Of a stretch of DNA of 64,000 nt, positions 51,691-64,000 are shown in pieces (within the stretch, counting starts at the first letter, position 1; every line of letters begins with the position of its first letter). The position numbers and the translations under genes are program-made. Below the pieces are notes generated by a model that searched no databases, was not told the origin of the DNA, and was given only the letters and a program-made list of their open reading frames with translations. Source of the DNA: Lytechinus pictus (taxonomy: Eukaryota); the NCBI RefSeq assembly GCF_037042905.1, contig NC_087250.1, positions 26,600,001 through 26,664,000 of the forward strand, given 5' to 3'.

Positions 51691-53974
51691 CAGTGGCGTT
51701 ACAGGCGGGGGGGGGGGCAAGCTGCCCCCCCCCCCCCCTGGCGGATTTCACCAGAAAAAAAAAAAACGGGAAAAAGAAAAAAAATGAGGGAGAAAGAAAA
51801 GGAAAGGGGAACAGGAAAAGAGGAAAAGGAAAGGGAAGGGAAGGGGAAAGGGGGAACGAAAACGAAGATTTTTTTTATGGAAAAGGAAAAAAAAGCGGGA
51901 AAAGGTACAAGAGAAGAACATTATTTTGACAAAGAACAAATCATTTCGAAATAGGCTTATGTAATGCAATTGCATGATGGGAAATTAATTAAAAGATGAC
52001 AAAGTGGCAAAAATAGCGGAACACGAAGGCAGAATGGAATTAGTCAAAAGTTAAATTAAAAAACAAAGAAAAGGGACAAGAAAAAAAAAGATAATAAGAC
52101 GACCGGGCTGCCGAGGATTGAAAATAAAGAGCGGGAAGAAAGATGGACTGCATACAACATTGTGCTATAAGCTTGCTTGTAATTTTGTAATGAAACTAAG
52201 TTAGGGGCTTGCCTTTTGTACAAGCTTTGTTTCTCGGCAAGACCCTCCGTTTTGCTTTTGAATACAAATGTCATCTTTGGTAACTTTATTTATTGAATTG
52301 TGTTCCTTAAATCTAAGATTTTGTTATATATATTTTATTATGTCTCGCATTATATTCGACCTTGTTATATTATATTTATCATAATTATGTTGTGGAAACA
52401 GAAATCAATAAATCAAATCAAATCAAACAGGGGGGGGGGTCTTGGTACCACACCCAAGAGGAAATAACAGTATTTATAGGAGACAACGTAGAATGACATG
52501 AATGGAAACAATAAAATATATCGCATACTTTCGTAATTCCGAAGCTTCGTTAATCCGAAGGTTCGGTTATTCCGAAGGTTCGTATTTCCGAAGGCTCGTA
52601 ATTCCGAAGGTTCGTTAATCCGAAAACGAAATAAGGTTCGTAATCCCGAAGGTTCGTTAGTCCGAAAACGAAATGAGGTTCGTAATTCCGAAGGTTCGTT
52701 AATCTGAAAACGAAATGAGGTTCGTAATTCCGCAGGTTCGTTAGTCCGAAAACGAAATGATTAACGAACCTTATTTCGTTTTCGGACTAACGAACCTTCG
52801 AAACAACGAACCTTATTTCGTTTTCGGATTAACGAACCTTCGGAACAACGAACCTTATTTCGTTTTCGGATTAATGAACCTTCCGAACATCGAACCTTAT
52901 TTCGTTTTCGGATTATCGAACCTTCGGAATGACGCCACAAATGTTCGGATTAACGAAACCTTTTACGTTTTTGGATTAACGAACATCGAGGTATAGGCAA
53001 TTTACGTGTTTCGGAATTACGAACCTTCGGAACTACGATCCTTCGGAATTACGAAGTGTAACCAAAATATGTTATTTGCTGAATATAAAGGAAAAATCTA
53101 TCACATAATTAGAAACTAATTTCAATAGGCAATTTTAATTCCCAGCTCGCTTTGCACGCTGGCGACTTTTAAAAATTAAATTCAATTCAATTCACTTTAT
53201 TCACATCCATTAAAAGGTACAAAATACAATATCATATAAACAATAAAAAACCATACATACACAAATCAATGACAAATAGAAAGAGTAGAACCAGCATGCA
53301 GTGGATGTAGGATGTAAATTTTCCCACATTGCTATGTTTTGCCCCCTCAAATATATTTGGTTCATTACACAACTGGGTTGAATAAATGCGTTGTGTAAAA
53401 GCTATATTCTGTATATTCCCACAATTTGATGAAATTAGCGGCAATCTGAGAGGTTTAAATGGCCGTATAGGAGTATGGAAGGGTTGCGTTATTGGCCCCC
53501 AAAAGTTCTACAAACAAGAAAAACAAAAAAGGAGTAAAGAAAAGCAAAGGAAAAGTGTAGGATAGCATTTTATTTACTGAATATAATTTCAAAAATATCT
53601 GAAAGTTAGATTCACGGGACTTATATTAAGCAGCTTTTTAGCACATGTGTCATACTGCGCCCCACGGTTTTTTTTTACTCTACTGCCGCTAAGAATCCTG
53701 TTCACAGTGGCGTACAGACCATAAAAATATATTCTTTTCTGGATATCATGTCAAAATCTATCACAAAATTTGATTTTTGTATTAAAAAGGTCAAAATTTG
53801 TGCTTCGCTCGCAACTGTTTTTTAAAGATAAATTCTGCCCTTTACGCAATATCTGGCCCTCTCAAAATGGTCGCCTCATTACACCACTACGCTTGTTCAT
53901 ACCATGATATGACCGGGAAATTGTTGGCTCTTGCCTCCCCCCCCCCCTGGCCACCAACCCCTGTTACGCCGCTG
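51691..53974. mobile_element. hAT-like non-autonomous element with 8-bp TSD carrying nested insertions
   Basis: CAGTGGCGTTACAGG...CCTGTTACGCCGCTG ends and perfect TSD ATTCTTAT. Contains LINE tails (about 52165-52427 and 53175-53330) and foldback copy 2. Confidence 0.85.
52522..53063 (-). mobile_element. Same foldback MITE, copy 2 (inverted)
   Basis: CGCATAC...GTGTAACC ends; TSD AAAATATAT/AAAATATGT. Confidence 0.88.
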
Positions 53975-54349
53975 ATTCTTATTTACAACTTGAAATTGTT
54001 AACAGTATGAAGAAGAGGTACATGTATTACCCTTTTAAATTTCGCTTTATGAATACCAACTTGCTTTTTGGCTATTTACAGATAACCTTACCTCACGACT
54101 TATTGTTGGTTTTAGGGTGGTTGGTCACAAATGGTCACTCAAAATTATTAGTAAGATATCAGGGTAGCAACTCATTAAAAAAAGGTCAGTACTTTTCATT
54201 AAAAACTGATACAAGCTACCGAAATCGTTATTTAGATTGATTCAGAGCAAATCAATGACAAGAGGGTTAATAAAACACTTCTTCTCATACAAATCTTCCA
54301 ATGAAATTGTATTTCTTACAACTGAACGTTATCGTTACGAAGTACTCAC

Positions 54350-54421
54350 ATCTTTGACGGCACTTGGAGCGGGAAGTTGATGATTATCACTTTCTTTTCC
54401 AGAATATTGGTATACAGTCAC
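54350..54421 (-). CDS. Exon B of the ROCO/COR-death-domain gene
   Basis: Acceptor ttttctttgatcttggatgttttag| and donor GAT|gtgagt; 72 nt, phase 0-0. Encodes VTVYQYSGKESDNHQLPAPSAVKD and links exons A and C in frame. Too short for the ORF track. Confidence 0.8.
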
Positions 54422-55381
54422 CTAAAACATCCAAGATCAAAGAAAATAGACATTAGTCAAACCTGTACTACCGGCCACCTGTCCGAAGATGCTATTTATT
54501 GGCTACTTTTTTGCATTGGAAAGGAATATGACTTATGTCAATAAAGTTCACCTGTCTACATTGGTGAGTGGTAACGTTTTCGATGTCCTTTTTGGTGGCT
54601 CTAATAGACAGGCACGTCCAATGGCTAACGATAAGGAGATATACAAGGCTGCTTGATTGTACCATACACGTTTATGGGTGCTATCGTTCTGAACATGAGC
54701 GTGCAACTTGATCTAAATTTAGCCTTTTAGTTTGCTTCACATTATTTTTACTTCCGCGTTATGAAAATGTCAATGAATTTATTTGACCCATTAGTCAGTC
54801 GGCAGGTCCTCAAAATAGCAGCTTCTTTTATCCAGGTGATATTCACGACTAAAGGGTTTCTGCATTGTTAATGAACGATAATGATTATGATAAAGCTGTA
54901 GATCTAAGATTTAACATGACATAGGTTTTAGAAGAGGTACATGTATTTTAAGTGTGTCAGCAGCCAGCTTTTCATAGGCTAAGTACATTTAGCAGCTAAA
55001 AAAAACAAGAATACTTCGCTTTGTTAGGTCATAGAGACCACACACCCATAAAAATCTCAATGCTTCCACACTCTGCAAGGCTACACTCACCATGTCGTTA
55101 TGTCTTCAAATTACCTGTTGTTTTGAAAACATATTCAGCCAATCATAACTCTTGACATTATGCTACTCAGAAATGTTAGAAAATCTCGTATTGTATCCTT
55201 ATGGAAAAAAAATATGGCTGCTGACCCATCTAAGATGTGCCTCATATCGAGAGGGACATTGTAAGAAAGTATAGAGTTTGAGTTTTTATTTGTGCTCAAA
55301 ACAAAAGCTTTTGCACAATTTGCAATATTATACGGAGGAAGAAAACTCCGTATGAGGCATGTTTTCAGGCCTGAAAATCAC

Positions 55382-58300
55382 TTATTTATTTATTTATTTT
55401 TATTTATTAACAATATTTCAACAGGATACCCAATCAACATAAGAATTGCTCTCCCTTGGGGTCCTGCATATTAAAAAACAATCACAATATATCTTATTAT
55501 ACACAGTAAAATTAACAGAAAATATACATACATTGTAATAGAACATAATATATAGAAGTAAGATATAAATGAAACTATAAATCACTATTAACTACGCACA
55601 TCATTGGAAAGAAGGGAATATACATACATAGAACATAATAATCGAAATTGACATCGGAGATATCTACTATTGGAGAAAAAAAACTGCAACTGAGGTTATC
55701 GTTTGAATATTTCTTAAAAATTGAGAGGGAATTTATGTTTTGAGGTTTAGGTTGAAGACTATTCCATAATGAGACGGCTTGATAATGAAATGAGTGTTTG
55801 AATGATTCAATGTGACATTTTGGGAAGTGTAACTTATTTTGTGAGGAACTTCTTGCACAGTGTGAATGAATTTCTTTCCTAAAAGTAAATAGTTTGGACA
55901 GACAAGTGGGAGCAATACATTTCATACATTCGAACATTAAAATAAATCTGAAAATGCGAACTCTATCTTCAAATCTTTTCCAGTCTAAGAGGGCAAATAA
56001 ATTTTCAGAAGGCGTCAAGAAATGGGCATTTAAAATTATCCTTGCAGCTCTTTTCTGTAACTTATTCAATCTTTCGGTATCTTTTTTTAATTTACCCCCC
56101 CCCCCTCCCCCAGACAATACAACAATAATCTAGAATTGGCAAAACCATAGCATTATTTAAAGTTAGTAAAGTATTTTCATTTGACACAACCTTTTAACCT
56201 TCGTAGGATACCTAACTTCCTGCTAACATTATTGGCTACTTTAGATACATGTTCTTTCCATGATAATTCATTATCAATAAGTATACCTAAACATTCAGAG
56301 GATTGAACTTGTATAATCTCGTGACCATTACAAATTATTTTTAACCGAGATTCATTGGAATGAATAGAGTTTGCAAGTCGAACACGTGTACCAATAATCA
56401 TACATTTTTTTTTCATAATTCATCATCATACGGTTTTCTTCTAACCAGCAGGCTATATTTTCTCAATCCAATTGTAATTTATTTTGTATTTCAGCTAAAC
56501 TATCACCTTCAGCATAAATAGATGTGTCGTCTGCGTACATAACTATTTTAGAGTGTTTCATTACATTAGGCATATCATTTATAAATATGGAAAATAATTT
56601 TGGGCCCAATATGGATCCCTGCGGTACTCCTTTCCGCATCTCTTTAGTTTCAGAAAGTACCCCATTTATATTAACACGTTGTGATCTATTAAATAGATAA
56701 GAATTAAACCATTTGATTGAGTCTGATGAGAAACCATATTTTTTGCAATTTTAATAACAGCAAATCCAAATCTACCGAATTGAAGGCCTTTTTCAAATCA
56801 ATGAAAATTACCCCGACCATTTTCCCATTATTAATACTTGTATACCAATCATAAACCATATATACTAATGCAGTTTCAGTTGAATGGTATTTTCTAAACC
56901 CGAATTGGCTTTCACATAATAATCCAGAAACATTCAGAAACGAATCTAGTTCTGTATTAACAATCTTTTCTACAATCTTGGAAACAATACTTAACACTGA
57001 AATCGGCCTATAATTACTAATTTCTTCAGTACTACCCTTTTTATGAAGGGGAAAATTTCAGCTTCCTTCCATTCCAATGGAAAAGAGCAGGATGAAAAAG
57101 AATTGTTTATCAAAGATACTAAAGAAGGAATCAAAACGTGACAACATAATTTAATCATTTTACAACTTATTCCATCAAGGCCACAAGACGAATTTGTATT
57201 TAAAGTTTTAATAGCCTTTGTGACTTGATCGGAATTTACTATCGGTAAGTTAAAAAGAAAATTTTATTGGGATGAGTTTGGATAATCAGTTTGATGTGGT
57301 GAAGAATTAATATCAGTGACATGACTAAAATCGTCAATCAAGTCTTTAGTAACTGACACAAAATAATCATTAAAATGGTTGGCAATATTCAGTGGATCAT
57401 CATATTCATTTCCATCAAAAACAATCTTATTCAAGGAAGATTTATGTTTTGAAGGTAATAATTCTTTAATACATTTCCATAATTCGCTGCTGTTATTTTT
57501 ACAATAAAAACATTTATTATGAAAATATTTCTTTTTATTAGATTTGACCATAATATTAACTGTATTTATACTTTGTTTATACATGGCCCAGTGTTCTTCT
57601 GATTTTGATTTCATAAATTTCTTTATTTTTTTATCTCGTTGTATCATAACATCTCGTATATCACTTGTTATCCATGGTGTATGTTTTTCTTTAACTCTCC
57701 GTGACTTAATAGGCAAATGAGCATTTACGACATTCAATAAGGATTGCTTCCATTTTTTGCCATAAAAATTCAACACCTTCGTCACTATTTAGAAAACTCC
57801 AATCTGCATAAATCATGCTTAAAACTATTCTCATTGAACTTTTTAAATGATCTATAAGTGATACATTTGGATTCTTTTTTAAAATTTTTACCACACAAAA
57901 TTCCAAAAATCATAAAATGATCACTGATAGATAAGGTTATCACACCATATTCCGTAAATAATTATGGTTTCGTACACTGTTAGTACATCAATAATACTAC
58001 TTGTTGATTGCGTCACCCTTGTAGGAGTGTTAATCATTTGAACAAATTGATAAGTTTCATTCAGTGCTTCCAGAGCGCGTGTTTCTGGTAATGATCTATC
58101 TTTATCAAAATTGCAATTTAAATCACCCATAAAAACTACTTCATTATTGTCTGGCATTTTATTAAGAACATTGTCAAGTTTGTAGAAAAAGTCCTTTGTA
58201 GCATTTGGCGGTCGATATAAACAAGTGTACATAAAAGGTGAAGAAAATTTTGGTCGGACTTCAAGGCAAATCATTTCTAAGTCTTCACATTCAAGATCAA

Positions 58301-58800
58301 CTTTACGAGATACCGATAGTGCGGCTGACACGTAAACTAATACACCACCGCCTCGACTGTTGCGATCCTTGCGAAAGATTTGAAAATCCTTTAAGGAAAT
58401 ATGTCATATATATCGTCACTGCAGAAGGTTTCATTGAGTCCGATTATTCCAACATCAGACAGCGCCCTTGAAAAAACATATTTAGAATCATCAAATTTAT
58501 TTACAAGACCTCTAACGTTTAAAAAACACAGTGGAATGCCTTTGTTAAAGTTTGGGATTAATCCATGCTGCAAGGATATTACTTTACTCTTAATAAATGT
58601 ATTCTGATCATTTTCCACCGATCTCGCATCAACAGGGGAAACGCTGGGGGGAATAGGGAAATCTAAGACGGATTCATGAGACAACTCTTTTACATTTCTA
58701 TCATTTCTTTCACAAGTGGCACTCTCTTCTTGGCCTAATAGAAAGGACACGATTTCAATTTGTGTCCTAGTTGACCACAATGGTGACATTTAAGTTCGAA
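55382..58800 (-). mobile_element. Decayed CR1/L2-group LINE ORF2 (APE endonuclease and RT)
   Basis: FLNVRGL, IGLNET, LYRPPN, MGDLN (endonuclease); YRPISVL, QFGFR, FIDLKKAF, GVPQGSILGP, YADDT (RT); (AAAT)n tail at about 55382. Confidence 0.93.
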
Positions 58801-59186
58801 TCCATGTCGGCTATCGCACGGTTAGCAAACGACTTAATGCATGGCTGACTGTAAGAGTCGGAGTGTCGAGTGAGTTTGAACGGTAGCCTGTAAAACATCT
58901 TCGTTTCATGAAATGATCGAAATTCAAGCCATATTTCAAATAACCAGAACTTTTTATTTCTTGACCATTTTTTTTTAAATTGAGGTATCAAATTAAGAGC
59001 AGATATTGAACTTTTTTTTTAAATGTGGTTTTCTTTTTGAAACCCAGATACAGCCCGCCAAGTGACTTTTTGGTATTGCCTCTTCAAATCGTTTTTGCTC
59101 ACTCATGCGTGAATGAAAAAAAAAAAATCGATAAATCTCAGGGTTTTTTTTTTTTTTTTTTTTTTTTTTTGGGGGGGGGAGGGGGG

Positions 59187-62100
59187 TGTTACACCCACAA
59201 ATGTAATAATCGCCCACAAATGTAATAACGCCCACAAATGTAATAACACTTTACCCACAAATGTGATAATTTCACCCACAAATGTAATAATGCACTTTAC
59301 CCACAAATGTAATAATTTTTGATCGCCCACAAATGTAATAATGACTTTACCCACAAATTTGAAGGGATTTTTGGCGAATCTGTTCTAAACTAAAATCCTA
59401 TAGTAATGCGTTCATGAAGCACAAAAGTGCAAAGTCTTCTTTCCAGACCCGGTTAATAAAAAATTATAGTACAATTCCAAAGTCTTTTTCCAGACCCGCT
59501 TGTTTCAAAATTATAATATACGTCCAAAGTCTTTTTTCCAGACCCGGTTAATTAAGAAATTATAATGCAAGTCCAAAGTCTTTTTTCCAGACCCGGTTTT
59601 TAAAAAAAATCATAATATACGTCCAAAGTCTTTATTCCAGACCCGGTTGTTTCAAAAATTATAATATACGTCCAAAGTCTTTTTTCCAGACCCAGTTGTT
59701 TCAAAAATCGTAATATAAATCCAAAGTCTTTTTTCCAGACCCAGTTAATAAAACATTATAGTACAATTCCAAATCTTTTTTCCAGACCCGGTTGTTTCAA
59801 AAATTATTATACACGTCCAAAGTCTTTTTTCCAGACCCGGTTGTTTCAAAAATTATAATATTAGTCCAAAGTCTTTTTTCAGACCCGTTTATTTCAAAAA
59901 TTATAATATAAGTCCATACTAAGATACTATAATGATATTCTAGTGGTATAAAATGAGAATCGAGCTTAGTCTTTTTTCCAAACCCAGTTAATTAAAACTG
60001 GTGGAAAAGTAACAAAGACCCCAACTCTCTTGTAAATGTTAAATAACATGGAAATATAGCGTAGTCTTTCCTCCAGACCCAATTATTTCAAAATAACCAA
60101 AATCATTAAAAAAGAATAACAGAATCTAAGGCCCAACTATCCTTCAAACTAAGAACCTTCAATCAATAAAATTTAGAGAGTTTTCTTTATTCCAGACCTT
60201 GTCATTTAAAAAATAAGATAAATGAAATCCTCATAACTAAGACTCAATCATATTCTTGTACCTGTTCAACATGAATAAGATGATTGGGGGAGTATTTCAT
60301 CAACATTTATGTCAGACAAGTTGTCAGATCTGACAAGTGTTCTTGATGTTGATTGGCTAAGAAGCAGTGCTACCAGGGTCGGATAAAACGTCAGACAACT
60401 CCTTTCATGAAATGCTCCCCGGACTCTAAGTTTTGATGTTGTTTTTTTTTATTATAAATTTCTTTGCCTGGAAGAAAAAATGAATGTTTAATTACATCAT
60501 TTATTACAGGATGTTAGGCTGGAAGAGGGTTAATCTTTTTTAGTTCTGTTTTTTTTTTTATAAACTGGTCTGGTCAAAGTAAATATGCGTTATCACAAGG
60601 GTTTTATACTTTGGAAGATGCTGGGGCCTAAGTTTTAAGATTAATGTTTCACTTAATTTGTATTTTAAAGAGAACTGGGTGAGGGGTAAAGACAACACTC
60701 TAAGCCCAAGCATTTTAAGTGGGTTTAATTTTGAAGATTGGTCTTAGCTGTGATTTTTTTTTCAATATTTGTTTATCTTTTAAATAACCGGGTCTAGACG
60801 AAAGACTAAGCATAATACTCGTGTTATTCCACAAAAATAAGAATATGACAAAGTCTTATGTTTTTAAGATTGTTTAAATCGTTTTTAAACTACTGGGTCT
60901 GGAATAAAGACAACGCTCTAAACATGTGCTTTTCTACATGCATGGTCTTAATTTGGAGGATTGTTGGTTCTAAGATTCGTTTTGGGGGGTTGGGTTTTAT
61001 TGATTTTTTTTCTTTAAATAATTGTGTCTGGAGGAAAGTCGATCTTCGACAATCGGTCTTCATGTTATTCCACAGTAATTAGATTATTGGGTATTCGTTT
61101 TAGAATATTTGTAAAAAATATTTTATTTTTTTCAAATAATAACCAAGTCTGGAGAAAGGATGTTTGCTTTACCCATGCATTATTACAATGTTTTGTAGGG
61201 GTCCTAGTATTATAAAAAAAAATGGGTGTGGGGTAAAGACATATTTTTTTTACTGGGTGAAACTTTGGAAAATTGGTCTTAGATTTGAAGTTTTTTAATT
61301 CATTTTTAATAGCCGGGTCTACAGGAAAGACTTTGGACTTATATTGTAATTGTTTAATTATCCGGGTCTGGAATAAAGACTTTGTACTTTTGTGCTATAT
61401 GAACGCATTGCTATAGGGTTAAGTTTTTAGTTTTAAGTAACCGGGTCTGGAGAAAAGACTACGCTTGATTCTCAATTTACTCTTAGTGCATATATTCACA
61501 ATATACGCCGTATAAGTCGAAACAACAACAAAGACATTAATTCCACTAGTTTTAATTAACTGGGTCTGGAGAAAAGACTAAGCTCGATTCTCAATTTTAT
61601 TCCACTGGAATATCATTATCGTATCTTAGTATGGACTTATATTATAATTTTTGAAATAAACGGGTCTGGAAAAAGACTTTGGACTTTTATTAAAATTTTT
61701 GGAACAAACGGGTCTGAAAAAAAAGACTTTGGACTTATATTATAATTTTTGAAACAACCGGGTCTGGAAAAAAGACTTTGGACGTATATTATAATTTTTG
61801 AAACAACCGGGTATGGAAAAAAGACTTTGGACGTATATAATAATTTTTTAAACAACCGGGTCTGGAAAAAAGACTTTGGAAGCATATTATAATTTCTTAA
61901 ACAACCGGGTCTGGAAAAAAGCCTTTTGACTTATATTATAAGTTTTGAAACAACCGGGTCTGAAAAAAAGACTTTGGACTTGCATTATAATTTTTTAATT
62001 AACCGGGTCTGGAAAAAGACTTTGGACGTATATTATAATTTTGAAACAACCGGGTTTGGAAAAAAGACTTTGGACTTGTACTATATGAACGCATTACTAT

Positions 62101-62341
62101 AGGATTTTAGTTTAGAACGAATTCGCAAAAAATCCCTTCAAATTTATTACATTTGTGGGTAAAGTCATTATTACATTTGTGGGAGATCAAAAATTATTAC
62201 TTTTGTGGGTAAAGTGCATTATTACATTTGTGGGTAAAGTGTTATTACATTTGTGGGCGTTATTACATTTGCGGGTAAAGTGTTATTACATTTGTGGGCG
62301 TTATTACATTTGTGGGCGTTATTACATTTGTGGATGCAACA
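59187..62341. mobile_element. 3.15-kb foldback transposon with modular 800-bp TIRs and TG...CA ends
   Basis: TGTTACACCC...GGATGCAACA ends in G-runs. Outer CCCACAAATGTAATAA repeats, a unique spacer and inner 50-bp GTCCAAAGTCTTTTTTCCAGACCCGG repeats are all mirrored. Confidence 0.88.
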
Positions 62342-62513
62342 GGGGGACGCACTTTACAGTGTATAATATAATCATAATGAATGTTAATGTGTGCAATAGA
62401 AAGAATACTTTATGAGGTGAAATAATTTATGAATTTGGATGCAAATACAAATGCAGTATGAGCGATGTATGTTGATCGTTGTACACATGCACGGTGTAAA
62501 CTTTTTTTTTCTT

Positions 62514-63070
62514 GGTTACACTTCGTAATTCCGAAGGTTCGTAATTCCGAAACACGCAAATTGCCTATACCTCGATGTTCGTTAATCCGAAAACGTAAAA
62601 GGGTTCATTAATCAGAACATTTGTGGTGTTATTCCGAAGGTTCGTTATTCCAAAGGTTCGATAATCCGAAAACGAAATAAGGTTCGATGTTCCGAAGGTT
62701 CGTTAATCCGAAAACGAAATAAGGTACGTTATTTCGAAGGTTCGTTAATTCGAAAACGAAATAAGGTTCGTTGTTCCGAAGGTTTGTTAGTCCGAAAACG
62801 AAATAAGGTTAGTTAATCATTTAGTTTTCGGACTAACAAACCTTCGGAATTATGAACCTCATTTCTTTTTCGGATTAACGAACCTTCGGAATTACGAACC
62901 TCACTTCGTTTTCGGACTAAGAACCTTCGGAATTACGAACCTAATTTCGTTTTCGGACTAACAAACCTTCGGAATTAAGAACCTTAGGAAATACGAACCT
63001 TCGGAATAACGACCCTTCGGAATATCCGAACCTTCGGAATAACGAAGCTTCGAAATTACGATTGTATGCG
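62514..63070 (+). mobile_element. Same foldback MITE, copy 3
   Basis: GGTTACAC...GTATGCG ends; TSD TTTTTTCTT/TTTTTTTTT. Confidence 0.85.
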
Positions 63071-63259
63071 TTTTTTTTTTACGTGTAGCCCTGGAGCACC
63101 TCGGCGATCTTAAGGCCCGTGCAATGTACAGATTTGTATGGGTGCAAAATCGCACAAATGATGTAATTGCAAAATGGGCTGTAAAATCGATATCAAACCA
63201 CCAATGAAATGTCAAAGGTCTATCTAGGGGTCATATCAGAGTCAATTAAAGTAATATAC

Positions 63260-63420
63260 CTTGATAGTAGCTTCGTGAGGTGGCAACATCTCCAGTTTTG
63301 CAAGATGTTGTTTACCAATCATGATAGTGATCTGACGATAGAATAAGCTATTAACTGATTGATTATACGTCTCCATCATCCATCGCACTGCTCTAGTCAT
63401 TAGACGATGAAACAAACCAT
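63260..63420 (-). CDS. Exon A (first in window) of a ROCO/COR-death-domain gene; COR-like region
   Basis: Acceptor tttttgctgtccacag|AT and donor AAG|gtatat; 161 nt, phase 1 in and phase 0 out. Encodes GLFHRLMTRAVRW...EATIK, resembling the G-L/F-F-x-R-L motif of COR domains. Confidence 0.8.
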
Positions 63421-63599
63421 CTGTGGACAGCAAAAATCATATTCATACTAACAAGAACAATAATAGTTATAACAATAATGACAATAGTTAAAATAATAAT
63501 AATAAATAACAGATGATTTATTTTTTTGCTCATCACATAAGAAAAACAATCTCGAATAGTCACCTTGATTTTTTTTCGGCTACTGACCGCAGCCGTCCT

Positions 63600-63800
63600 C
63601 AAATATATGCTCTATATTGGAAAGGGTGTGCACAGTCCTTTGAGGGAATTGTGAAAGGATCAATCTACATCCGGGCATTTAAACTTTTTTTCAATAAGGA
63701 CGAAGGGCAATACAAGTGTCCGAATGTTTATGACCCGATTATCGATTTGTCACTATATCATGTCACATAGCTGCTGAAGGCTGAAGTCAGCCGAAAATGC
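63600..63800 (+). mobile_element. Degenerate Penelope-like 3' fragment with hammerhead remnant
   Basis: FEGIVKGSIYIRA...NKDEGQYKCPNVYDPII resembles a GIY-YIG C-terminus; CTGCTGA-A-GGCTG-AAGT-CAGCC-GAAA at 63771-63796. Confidence 0.65.
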
Positions 63801-64000
63801 TGATGTAACTTTGAAAAAAAATCTTCAGTTGAGAGCAAGAAATTGGTAATTTGTGTTATTTCAACCAACACAGATACACTTTCATAATAATGATAACATG
63901 TTAGTGTCAGGCAAATCTTTTTGAAGTTACAAATATATTGAAAATCAAAAATGAATATAATTTTAGGAGAAAAATAAAATGTTTCCAACAATAGAGATAT

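Noticed and set aside
51607..51975. Lys/Glu-rich ORFs
   Set aside because: Purine-rich low-complexity tract inside a hAT-like element.
58767..58991. LINE ORF1 remnant
   Set aside because: The nucleotide sequence matches the interior of the Tc1/mariner MITE at 11638-12280 in reverse orientation.
63758..63991. Next upstream exon of the host gene
   Set aside because: No suitable phase-1 donor or COR-like content; it overlaps the Penelope remnant.

Overview
Repeat-rich eukaryotic DNA. The repeat families point to an invertebrate deuterostome, probably a sea urchin (inference). One host gene is supported. Five minus-strand exons (63420-63260, 54421-54350, 49819-49630, 16549-16490, 15520-15228) join at GT-AG sites with matching phases into one 257-aa C-terminal frame. 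It encodes a COR-like (C-terminal of Roc) region, a short acidic linker and a death domain, so it is probably a ROCO/DAPK-like protein whose 5' part lies beyond the window. Almost everything else is transposable element, much of it nested in a predicted 33-kb intron. Retroelements: a full-length decayed Gypsy element (LTRs, PBS, PPT, 5-bp TSD) split between gag and pol by a TTAA-flanked Kolobok-like insertion; a full-length decayed DIRS1-like element; CR1/L2-group LINEs; two Penelope fragments with hammerhead-ribozyme remnants; and tRNA-derived SINEs. DNA elements: Helentron-like tandem-repeat elements, foldback elements and many MITEs. I found no prokaryote-type system, CRISPR array, rRNA or true tRNA, and no well-supported novel system. 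All family names come from motif recognition by eye, not database searches.
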